Shown in pieces: positions 1 to 7,406 of a stretch of DNA of 20,814 nucleotides. Numbering within the stretch: position 1 is the stretch's first letter; each line of letters begins with the position of its first letter. The notes beneath the pieces were generated by a model, which saw only the letters and a program-made list of their open reading frames with translations, made no database searches and was not told where the DNA came from. The stretch is from assembly GCA_900552305.1 (NCBI GenBank), contig URZD01000009.1:1-20814 (forward strand), given 5' to 3'. The translations under genes were made by a program, and so were the position numbers. This stretch comes from an uncultured Eubacteriales bacterium. Lineage in GTDB: Bacteria > Bacillota > Clostridia > Monoglobales > Monoglobaceae.

Positions 1-192
1 AAAACTGTATCCGTTTCAAAAACAACCGATAAGAACGGAAATATCACACTGACACTTCCGAGTGGTGCAGACTTGGCGAATGATAACTACTACACCATTA
101 AGGCAACTGACAGCAAGGGCAATGCAAAAGCTGATGTTGCCATTACCTTAAAGGATAAAAAGAATCACAAGTCTTCTTTCAAAAAAAGTTAA
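1..192 (+). CDS. 3' end of a CDS that begins upstream of the window (63 codons, stop TAA 190-192). It is a beta-rich, Ig-like C-terminal fragment of unknown product.
   Basis: Frame 1 is open from base 1 to TAA at 190-192 (KTVSVSKTTDKNGNITLTLPSGADLANDNYYTIKATDSKGNAKADVAITLKDKKNHKSSFKKS*). The other two + frames hit stops within 60 nt. It is absent from the ORF track because no start codon lies inside the window. Confidence 0.5.
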   Translation, partial: KTVSVSKTTDKNGNITLTLPSGADLANDNYYTIKATDSKGNAKADVAITLKDKKNHKSSFKKS

Positions 193-564
193 TTGTTTAT
201 TCAAACCGTTACACCTCCTTCCGAAATTCATTGTAGCACCTAATGTCACAAGCCCATTGTAACTTTCAAAAAATAATTTCATAATTTCACCCTTTTGTGT
301 AAATTTTGTTGAATTTGCACAAAAGAGAGAGGCGGGGCACGGCTATGATACGGTGGTGGTTTTCTGTGATGTTTTCCCGAAGATTTGCGGTGATGTCCTT
401 TGGACTTATGCTTTTTGCGTTTTGCTCTGTGCTTCATAAAGTGTCCTCCGTGCCGCAGGGCATATCCGACAAAAAGCATAATTTTGTCCTATGTAGGGCA
501 ATTTTTTATTTATGCGGTAATCGCTTTCTCTTCCTTTGCTTTGTAATATCGTATAAAAAGGCAC

Positions 565-613
565 AAAAAAAGCCGCCCGGCAATAAAGGCGTTTTGCCTC
601 TATACCGGGCGGC
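565..613 (-). terminator. Rho-independent terminator downstream of the 660..3989 adhesin gene.
   Basis: A perfect 9-bp inverted repeat, GCCGCCCGG (572-580) and CCGGGCGGC (605-613), with an inner AGGC/GCCT stem. The A7 run at 565-571 gives a U-tract immediately 3' of the hairpin on the minus-strand transcript. It lies 45-95 nt past the stop at 660-662, between convergent genes. Confidence 0.7.
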
Positions 614-659
614 CTGCTATGCCGTCACCAATTTCCTGTTCGGAAAGCTTTATTTAGTG

Positions 660-3600
660 TTATTTTGTTTCAGCCTTTTTGATTTCGGGCTTTGTGATAA
701 TTACTTTCTGATCCTTTTCAACCCATTCGACGCTTGCTCCCAAGTTTTCGGAAATAAAGCGGATAGGTGTGTAGGTGCGGTCGTTTTCGATAAACGCAGG
801 AGAATCAAGCTTGATTTCCTTGCCGTTTACCTTCACTGTTGCAGAGCCGATGGTAATAAGAATCGTTACATTCTCATTGGTTTTAAGGTTTTTACCCGTA
901 ATGGTTACAAGCTCTTTTTCGCCGTCCCATTCAACCTTTGCGCCCAAGTTTTCGGCAACAAACCTTGCCGGAAGCATTGTGCGGTCTTTTTCGATTTTCG
1001 GAGCAACATCATTTGATTTCGCCTTGCCGAATACCTGTGCGTTCTTTTTGCCGATTGTTAAGATAATCTGATTTACCGAATTATCCTTTTCCGTCCATTT
1101 TGCATAGAGTGTGAAGCTCTTTGTTACCTTTGCGGAAAAATCGTACTTGGTTTTGAGTTCCTTATCCGAGTACCAACCGTCAAAATCAAAGTTTTCCTTT
1201 GTTGGCGCCGTCGGCTCTTTCATAACACTGTTTCTTGTAACAGTCTGATTTGAAACCTTGCTGCCGCCGTTCGATTCAAACGATACGGTGTAGCGTGAAG
1301 TGCTTCGTCCGCCACCGCCACCGCCGGATGATCTGCGGTAAAGGCGAATTGTTCCTGTCAGTGTTTCGTAATTGTCTGTGTCGGTCGGTGTGAACAGCCA
1401 TTTGTAATAGGTGTTTGCCGCAACCACAGTTGTGTCCGGAAGCGGTGTTACGCCGTCGTCAGCCACCCAGATAACTGCACCCGGAACCGAGAAATCTGCG
1501 CCTGTTGTCGTAATAGCCGCATCAGCAAGCGTCTTGCCTGCGGTCGTTATTCCCGTGTACTTCGGAGTTCCCGTCGGAACAGCCTTTTTGATTTCGAGCA
1601 CGGCGCTCTTTGTACCGTAATTGTCATCATCCTCATAGGTTGCCGTTACGGTGTATGTGCCTGCGTTCTGCGGCTTGCCCGAAGCATCGAGCGAGCCTGT
1701 GCCGGAAGGTACATAAGCATAAGTCCAGCCGGGGTTAGCGCCTGCTGTAATGCCGGAAATGCTTGCGGTTTCATAAGCCTGCCCTGCGCCGTTATATGTC
1801 AGCTTGCCGTCAGCGAAGGTGATGCTTGCGCTGACATTCGTTTTATCAATAACTTCTACTGTTACATCAACATTGGTCGCATTTTCATAATTGCCTGTTG
1901 TATCTGTGTAATTTGCCTTAAAGGTCTGCGTTCCGGCAGTGTTCATAACTGTCGTGTCGTCAGCCCAAGCCCAGCCGCCTGTGAGAGGAACGGTTGCAAG
2001 CGTCTTGCCCTTCATACCGCTTAACCCTGTGGGAGCGGACGGAGCAGGAGCTTTTTTGATCTCAAAGTACACTGCGGTCGTATCAAGGCTCAGTATATAG
2101 TTTGACGCTTTGAAGGCTCCGTTGTCTTTAAGAGCCAGCGTGCCGAGGAGAATTTTATAATTGCCGACATTTTCGCCTGCTTCTCTTTCCAGCTTGCCGT
2201 CAATTATGTACATCTCGCCGTAAATAGTTCCGCTTACAGTGCTGCTCAATGCAGGGTCTGTCTCGCCGTATTTTTTGCTCAATCCGCTGTCCGGCTTAAC
2301 CGTAAGAGTTCTTTGATAGATGTTTGCCTTTGCAGGCTCAACGCTGCTAATTCTGTAATTGTCCTTATCTGCGCCTGCAAGCTTCACGCCTGTGAAATTA
2401 ACGGGAATATCATTACCAACATCCTTTTGTGCAAAGTTTGCCTCTGCGGCGGTGGTGTCAATGGTTACATCATCGCCCGTTATCTTGCCGACGATTTCTG
2501 CGGCGGCTGCATTAAAAGATGTTTTCGTATCGCCGTTATAAGCGCTGTTCGGCACCTTAAAGCCGCGTATGGTAACATCTTTTTGTGCGATTGTGAAGTC
2601 CGCAGTTCCGCTGTAAATTGTATCCGCCGTTTCAAGCGTTACCTTTACGGTGTAAGTCCCTGCTTTTACGGGTTTTGTTGCGGATTCCGCATAGGTTGTG
2701 CCGCCTTTGCCCATATAGGTAACTTTTATTGTGGAATCAATCGTGCCGGCAGGCTTTGTGTAACTCGGTGCAGAAAGCGTTTCACCGTAGGTGCAGCCGC
2801 TTTGCGTAAGCCCCGTCAAAGCTGCGGTCGATTTTGCAGTTACATTGACCGTTACGTCAACATTGGTCGCATTTTCATAATTGCCTGCAGCGTCTGTGTA
2901 ATTTGCCTTAAAGGTCTGCGTTCCGGCAGTGTTCATAACTGTCGTGCCGTCAACCCAAGTCCAGCCGCTCGGTAGGGTAACCGTGGACAGAGGCTGTCCG
3001 GTTATGCCGCTTAAGCCTGTGGGAGCGGACGGAGTGTCAGCCTTTCCGACAGTGGCGGTTGCAGGACTGACAATAGTGCCGCTTTCCACGCTGCTTGAAA
3101 TTGCCACGGTGATGGTCTTGCCGATGTCCTCTGTAACTATCTTATAGGTGCTGTTTTTTGCACCCGGTATATCTGTGCCGTTTCGCTTCCACTGATATAA
3201 GAATGTGCCGGTGTTGCCGGTGATTGCGGAGGTATCGGCGGTTAAAATTTCGTTATACTTTGCCGTACCGGTGATCGTGGCTGTGCCGGTCAGGGCGGGG
3301 TTCTCCGTCCAGCGCGCGTAATATTTGCTACTTGAATCTGTATAAACTGTGTCCAGACTCAACAAAGTGCCGCCGCTTTCTGCTGTATACCATCCGTCAA
3401 AGGTGTAGTGCTCTTTTGTCGGCGTCGGCACCTGTTCCGCGGTCAACTTGCCGTCCGTACCGGTAACAAGTTCCACGCGATAACTTTCCTCTCCGATTTT
3501 TCCGCCCTGCGTATAGAAGCCAACGATATATTTTGTAACGCCGCCGAGAGGACTCATAGAAAACGGAACGCCGTAAGAATATTTCACTTCGTCTATCGTA

Positions 3601-3989
3601 TAGTTAGTATACACAACCCCCGGGTTATTGCCTCCCAAGGTGACATCTGTTTCATTCAGCTCTGCCAGTGCCAACCCGTCATGTGCCTTGAAGTATATCC
3701 ACAGAGTGTATTTAATCCCCGAAATGAACTGTGCAGAAAGCTTTGTTGCGTCAGAATAACTTCCGCCGGAGTCTGAGTATTCCCACTTATACGTGAAATC
3801 TACACCCGCCGTATCGCAGGTGACAACCGCATCCGCAACATTTTCTCCCTCCGCATATCCGGTATAGGTAAATGAAACTGCTTCTATCTCTGTTCCCGCC
3901 GCACTCGCCGTCACGCCCATGGCGGGCACGAGGGAGAGCAGCATTGCCAGTGTCAGTAAAACAGAAAAAAATTGTCTTGTCTTTTTCAC
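660..3989 (-). CDS. Large secreted, cell-wall-associated adhesin-like protein (1109 aa). It has a signal peptide, two Listeria-Bacteroides (InlB B-type) repeats, YDG/MBG-type adhesin domains, an internally duplicated ~70-aa module, a Gly6 linker, and a C-terminal copper-amine-oxidase N-terminal-like (putative cell-wall-binding) domain.
   Basis: The start is GTG at 3987-3989, preceded by AAAGGAGG with an 8-nt spacer; the ATG 4 nt upstream runs straight into TGA. The signal peptide is MKKTRQFFSVLLTLAMLLSLVPAMGVTASA. Flg_new-like motifs are YTFDGWYTAESGG...YYARWT and FDFDGWYSDKELK...LYAKWT. MBG-like motif: SKKYGETDPALSSTVSGTIYGE...EREAGENVGNYKIL. YDG-like motif: ITGDDVTIDTTAAEANFAQKDVGNDIPVNFTGVKLAGADKDNYRI. 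The C-terminal motif DRTMLPARFVAENLGAKVEWDGEK...NDRTYTPIRFISENLGASVEW matches the Cu_amine_oxidN1 type. A terminator follows. Confidence 0.9.
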   Translation of the reverse strand: MKKTRQFFSVLLTLAMLLSLVPAMGVTASAAGTEIEAVSFTYTGYAEGENVADAVVTCDTAGVDFTYKWEYSDSGGSYSDATKLSAQFISGIKYTLWIYFKAHDGLALAELNETDVTLGGNNPGVVYTNYTIDEVKYSYGVPFSMSPLGGVTKYIVGFYTQGGKIGEESYRVELVTGTDGKLTAEQVPTPTKEHYTFDGWYTAESGGTLLSLDTVYTDSSSKYYARWTENPALTGTATITGTAKYNEILTADTSAITGNTGTFLYQWKRNGTDIPGAKNSTYKIVTEDIGKTITVAISSSVESGTIVSPATATVGKADTPSAPTGLSGITGQPLSTVTLPSGWTWVDGTTVMNTAGTQTFKANYTDAAGNYENATNVDVTVNVTAKSTAALTGLTQSGCTYGETLSAPSYTKPAGTIDSTIKVTYMGKGGTTYAESATKPVKAGTYTVKVTLETADTIYSGTADFTIAQKDVTIRGFKVPNSAYNGDTKTSFNAAAAEIVGKITGDDVTIDTTAAEANFAQKDVGNDIPVNFTGVKLAGADKDNYRISSVEPAKANIYQRTLTVKPDSGLSKKYGETDPALSSTVSGTIYGEMYIIDGKLEREAGENVGNYKILLGTLALKDNGAFKASNYILSLDTTAVYFEIKKAPAPSAPTGLSGMKGKTLATVPLTGGWAWADDTTVMNTAGTQTFKANYTDTTGNYENATNVDVTVEVIDKTNVSASITFADGKLTYNGAGQAYETASISGITAGANPGWTYAYVPSGTGSLDASGKPQNAGTYTVTATYEDDDNYGTKSAVLEIKKAVPTGTPKYTGITTAGKTLADAAITTTGADFSVPGAVIWVADDGVTPLPDTTVVAANTYYKWLFTPTDTDNYETLTGTIRLYRRSSGGGGGGRSTSRYTVSFESNGGSKVSNQTVTRNSVMKEPTAPTKENFDFDGWYSDKELKTKYDFSAKVTKSFTLYAKWTEKDNSVNQIILTIGKKNAQVFGKAKSNDVAPKIEKDRTMLPARFVAENLGAKVEWDGEKELVTITGKNLKTNENVTILITIGSATVKVNGKEIKLDSPAFIENDRTYTPIRFISENLGASVEWVEKDQKVIITKPEIKKAETK
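1861..2046 (-). repeat. Copy 1 of an intragenic direct repeat inside the adhesin gene.
   Basis: Bases 1861-1980 are nearly identical to 2851-2970, differing at a handful of positions. Both segments end in the shared block ttaa[c/g]cctgtgggagcggacggag. They encode the duplicated protein module ...GWTWVDGTTVMNTAGTQTFKANYTD(A/T)(A/T)GNYENATNVDVTV... Confidence 0.85.
2851..3036 (-). repeat. Copy 2 of the intragenic direct repeat, offset exactly 990 bp from copy 1.
   Basis: See copy 1. The sequence gttacgtcaacattggtcgcattttcataattgcctg...aaggtctgcgttccggcagtgttcataactgtcgtg is shared almost verbatim. Confidence 0.85.
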
Positions 3990-3997
3990 ATTTATAT

Positions 3998-4003
3998 CCT
4001 CCT
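3998..4003 (-). promoter_or_regulatory. Ribosome-binding site for the adhesin gene.
   Basis: On the minus strand the sequence reads AAAGGAGGatataaatGTG. The GGAGG lies 8 nt upstream of the GTG start. An AT-rich 158-bp intergenic region (3990-4147) lies upstream and is a likely promoter region, but I cannot place a convincing -35/-10 pair. Confidence 0.55.
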
Positions 4004-4147
4004 TTTGATGTGATATTTTACATTCCTCTGCAAAATTTGCCGGAATGTATCGGATTACATAACAGTTTAATCCGAACTTCAGATTTCTTTGTCTGCGTTA
4101 ATATCTTTCGATATAACTTAGCATCTCCTTTCTTTTGGATTTTGCAT

Positions 4148-4723
4148 TTATCCGATATTGCGGTTTGAGATTGCGTTTCCGCAATACTCACATTTACCGG
4201 AGCTTCCGGCGCGGATCCTTGTTGTTCCGTTGCATTTTTCGCATACAACGTTAACAAAGCTTGTTTTACTGTTTTCTCTGCCCGAAAGAATAACGCATGG
4301 CATACCTTGCTTTTGCAGAGTACAGTCGCAGAATACTCCTTTTTCGAAAAGCTTCTCAAGCTCGGCAAGAGCCTTGAAGGACGGCTTTCCGGATTGCTTT
4401 GCAATTTCCTCGATTGTCACCGTGCCGTCTGCGTCGCACATAAAGATTGAGTTATAACGATATGCGCGCGCCGCCATTCTGCCGTTTTTAATGCCGTTTA
4501 ACAAAAGCAGTCCCGACGGAACAATCATAACCATATTGGTAATCAGGTTATCGCGAAGCTTTTCGTTATACCCTGTAACCCCCGAAATAATTCCAAACAG
4601 AAAAACCGCCGTGAAGAATCCGCCTATAATCATTTGTATGTGCTTTTTTAACGTAAGCCTTGCAATTGCCACTTTTGAAATATACGTTCCGCCGCCTGAA
4701 AATATTGTTTTATTTTTCCTCAT
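4148..4723 (-). CDS. Membrane protein (191 aa) with two N-terminal TM helices, a possible small helix-turn-helix-like segment and a C-terminal zinc ribbon. It has no family I can name.
   Basis: The ATG at 4721-4723 is preceded by GGAGG with an 8-nt spacer. The start lies 2 nt after the stop of the upstream gene. TM segments: MIIGGFFTAVFLFGIISGV and ITNMVMIVPSGLLLLNGI. Zinc ribbon: CEKCNGTT...(10)...CEYCGN. Confidence 0.75.
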   Translation of the reverse strand: MRKNKTIFSGGGTYISKVAIARLTLKKHIQMIIGGFFTAVFLFGIISGVTGYNEKLRDNLITNMVMIVPSGLLLLNGIKNGRMAARAYRYNSIFMCDADGTVTIEEIAKQSGKPSFKALAELEKLFEKGVFCDCTLQKQGMPCVILSGRENSKTSFVNVVCEKCNGTTRIRAGSSGKCEYCGNAISNRNIG

Positions 4724-4725
4724 TT

Positions 4726-5568
4726 TTACTGCCTCCGAAACGCCATCATCCCCACACCGATTACCGCAAGCAATATTCCTGCCACGATGCCGAAAATCGA
4801 GCCGCCGCGCGCTTCTTTTTTGCTTTTATCGGCAAATTCGTCCGCCGTCATAATTCCCTTAAAGGTTGTAATCGAATCCACGTCTTCGCTTTTTATCAGG
4901 GTATCGCCTTTTTGTACGCCGATAATCGTATATTCGAGCGGATCGTCGGGCGAAACAATGCCGTAAGATATTTTTTGAGATCCGTATCCCGTAGTTGAGT
5001 ACATACCTGTTGTTTTTTTCGGCAAAGTACGCTCTTTTGAAACGCAATATCGGCTTTCTTTTCCGCCCGAAAGCAGCCTCCAGCCCGCATTGAGGCTCTT
5101 CTCGTCATATTGCTTAAATTCCGTGTTTCTTATAAGCGGATTAAGCAGCTGGCTCTCCACATTAAACTCACCGAGCAAGGTAGGCGCGGCAAGGATGGTT
5201 GACGCAAGTATTTCGGCATTGATTCCGAAATTCGCCTTTTCGCTGTAGTCTGTAGTCTCCGGCTTCCAGTCCCACACCTGTTCATCATCGCTGTTGGTAT
5301 CCCGTTCATAAGTCCAGACGGTTCTTTTCGCCGTTACTCCGGGTAGCTTAACACCCGTTATCGGGTCCCGAAGCTGTTCGGCAGGTTTAAGCGTTCCCGA
5401 GACAACCACAAGCTTTCCCTCGTTTTCGGGAAGAATCCTGCCGTCCTTAATCGTTACCGCCGACCTTATTTGTTCTTCGGCTTTTGGGGCGGAAAAAAGC
5501 GCTTTTATTGCAAGGGCGGCAAAGAGCAATCCGCCTATAATCAGTATAACTCCGATTATTTTTTTCAT
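4726..5568 (-). CDS. Membrane protein (280 aa) with TM helices at both the N and C termini and an extracytoplasmic central domain. Hypothetical.
   Basis: The ATG is preceded by GGAGGG with a 6-nt spacer. N-terminal TM: IIGVILIIGGLLFAALAI. C-terminal TM: GGSIFGIVAGILLAVIGVGMMAF followed by RRQ. It is tightly coupled to the 191-aa gene downstream. Confidence 0.75.
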   Translation of the reverse strand: MKKIIGVILIIGGLLFAALAIKALFSAPKAEEQIRSAVTIKDGRILPENEGKLVVVSGTLKPAEQLRDPITGVKLPGVTAKRTVWTYERDTNSDDEQVWDWKPETTDYSEKANFGINAEILASTILAAPTLLGEFNVESQLLNPLIRNTEFKQYDEKSLNAGWRLLSGGKESRYCVSKERTLPKKTTGMYSTTGYGSQKISYGIVSPDDPLEYTIIGVQKGDTLIKSEDVDSITTFKGIMTADEFADKSKKEARGGSIFGIVAGILLAVIGVGMMAFRRQ

Positions 5569-5589
5569 AGTCGTCCCTCCGTTCTGCGG

Positions 5590-6762
5590 TTATTCAAGTT
5601 TATTCGCCTGATTTTGATATTCCTGCTGTATAAATTTCGCATCTTTATCGGCAAGAGCGTTTACAACCTCGCCGAACGCTTCAAACTGTTCTTTTGTGCA
5701 GTGCGCCGCAACGGGCTTGCAGGCATATCCGCGCGTCATGCGGCCTAAGTTTTCGTTTCTTACAAGTCCGAGCATAACCTCATAAAGCTCGTCTGTATTG
5801 AAATAGGTTGCTTTTTCCCTCCATGCTGCATAATTCTGCTTGGATTTGGTTGTAAAGCTCGTTACAGCCGCCCATGCGGGAACCTTGTCGCTGCCCGGCG
5901 TGGTTTTTAAGTAATCTATCGTGGCTCTGTACGCCGCCTCGCTTGTGTTTTCGTGCGACGGATAATCGTACCACAGCCAAACAAGTCCTCTTACGCCGCT
6001 TGAATGAAGGTTTGCGTCGGCTTCGTTTTTCAGCATTTCCGAGATAGGCGCAACCACCCTGTCGTCGCCGAGCAAACCCGCATACTCATATGCCGTTTTC
6101 CGAACCTCGTTATCCGAATCCTTCATAAGCTCGATTTCCGCGTCAACCGCGCCGTCGAGAGTTTTGTTCCACGTGCTGCCGAGAGCCGCCGCCACCTGCC
6201 TTCTTACGGCTGCGTTTTCATTTTTTGCCGCCGTAAGCAGGAATTTGCCGATTTCCGCGTCCTTGCCGCCTTCGTTGCCAAGAGCTTTTACCGCGCATTT
6301 AATAACGTACGGCTCTTTTTCGGTTTTCAAAACTTCCTTTGCCGCGGCAATATGCGAACTGCTTGCACCCAAAAGCGTCGCCATATTGGAAAACGCATAG
6401 CCTCTTACCTGCGGCGAGTCGCTTTTTAAAAGAGGTTCAACAAACTCCTTTGCCGCAGGGAGCGCAGCCTTGTTATCCTTGAGCTTTTTAATCGCTTTAT
6501 TCGTTATGTTTTCATCAAGCTCAAGCTTATCGTTGATTGTTGCATACGAATATGTGGAAACAAGATTTATAAATTCGTCCAAGGTTATGTTCTGCTCATC
6601 TTTAATAAACTCTTTTATCAAGTCGTCCTCCGTCATATTTGCGTAGTCAATCTTTTTAGCTCCCGAGGCTTGTTTCCCGCCGCTTTCCGTCTTGTCTCCT
6701 CCGCACGACGCAAGTGTGAATATCATTCCTATTGTCAAAATCAATGCTAATAACTTTTTCAT
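5590..6762 (-). CDS. HEAT-repeat (PBS-lyase-like) lipoprotein, 390 aa.
   Basis: Lipoprotein signal MKKLLALILTIGMIFTLASC with the lipobox L-A-S-C. Repeated HEAT-like units: SPQVRGYAFSNMATLLG, EPYVIKCAVKALGNEG, ENAAVRRQVAAALGS, DNEVRKTAYEYAGLLGD. AGGAGG lies upstream of the ATG. Confidence 0.8.
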   Translation of the reverse strand: MKKLLALILTIGMIFTLASCGGDKTESGGKQASGAKKIDYANMTEDDLIKEFIKDEQNITLDEFINLVSTYSYATINDKLELDENITNKAIKKLKDNKAALPAAKEFVEPLLKSDSPQVRGYAFSNMATLLGASSSHIAAAKEVLKTEKEPYVIKCAVKALGNEGGKDAEIGKFLLTAAKNENAAVRRQVAAALGSTWNKTLDGAVDAEIELMKDSDNEVRKTAYEYAGLLGDDRVVAPISEMLKNEADANLHSSGVRGLVWLWYDYPSHENTSEAAYRATIDYLKTTPGSDKVPAWAAVTSFTTKSKQNYAAWREKATYFNTDELYEVMLGLVRNENLGRMTRGYACKPVAAHCTKEQFEAFGEVVNALADKDAKFIQQEYQNQANKLE

Positions 6763-6867
6763 AATATTGAATTCCTCCTGATTCTTTTATTGTTATCATT
6801 ATCACCGAATATTTTGCTGTATTCCGGCGGTGAATGTCCGGAACAGCTCTTTGTTTGTTTTATGAAA

Positions 6868-7356
6868 TTATGCCCACGCATCCTCTGCCGACGGAATTCG
6901 AATCCCGGAAAGAATACTGGAATACTCCCACAAATACCATAAATCACCTTTTTGCCGAAGCTTTATCGGTCGCAGAGAGTCTGCACCGGCCGTTTTTAAA
7001 AACAACCGGAGATATCCTTCCTCGACATCCTGCGGTCTGCTGTCCGCGATAACTTCGAGGGTAAGAGGACTGCTCGGAACATAGTTGTTTGCCGGAGTCG
7101 CACCGTCAAAATAAGCAAGCGGAAGATAGCTTTTTCCGCGCAAACGGTCTCTTAAAAACTGAATATCATAATTGCTGAGCGGTCTCGGACCTCTCAGTGT
7201 ATTAAGTGCGGCAACACCCGCATCACTGTCCTTCAGATACAGTGCAAGCGCCAGCAGGAACATTGCACAGGTATTTTCCGGCTTGGAAAGGTCATTCTGC
7301 GGTAGAGCAGAAAATTCTTCCGATGTTGTCGGAACAGATGAAACTGTCATCTTCAT
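6868..7356 (-). CDS. Hypothetical protein (162 aa). No recognisable motif.
   Basis: The ATG is preceded by AAAGGAG with a 9-nt spacer. It sits 50 nt downstream of the SPFH gene and 105 nt upstream of the HEAT lipoprotein gene, on the same strand. Confidence 0.6.
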   Translation of the reverse strand: MKMTVSSVPTTSEEFSALPQNDLSKPENTCAMFLLALALYLKDSDAGVAALNTLRGPRPLSNYDIQFLRDRLRGKSYLPLAYFDGATPANNYVPSSPLTLEVIADSRPQDVEEGYLRLFLKTAGADSLRPIKLRQKGDLWYLWEYSSILSGIRIPSAEDAWA

Positions 7357-7406
7357 TGTTACTCGCTCCTTTTCTTATTCATCACATAGTTTTTGCTGTC
7401 GCAATT

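Noticed and set aside
279-479. A 66-aa minus-strand ORF that is very basic and His/Lys/Arg/Pro-rich.
   Set aside because: Its low-complexity composition is typical of a chance ORF in AT/GC-mixed non-coding DNA. It has no RBS and lies in the gap between convergent genes.
306-1016. A 236-aa + strand ORF that spans the convergent intergenic region, the terminator hairpin and the 3' end of the adhesin gene.
   Set aside because: It has no plausible RBS; the nearest purine-rich stretch is about 12 nt from the ATG. It reads through a strong terminator. It is low-complexity Phe/Leu/Cys-rich antisense translation of a well-supported minus-strand gene.
3990-4147. A specific sigma-A-type promoter for the adhesin gene.
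   Set aside because: The region is AT-rich and contains TTGCAG and TAAAAT hexamers, but their spacing (7 nt) is wrong. I could not find a convincing -35/-10 pair with a 16-18-nt spacer, so only the RBS is reported.
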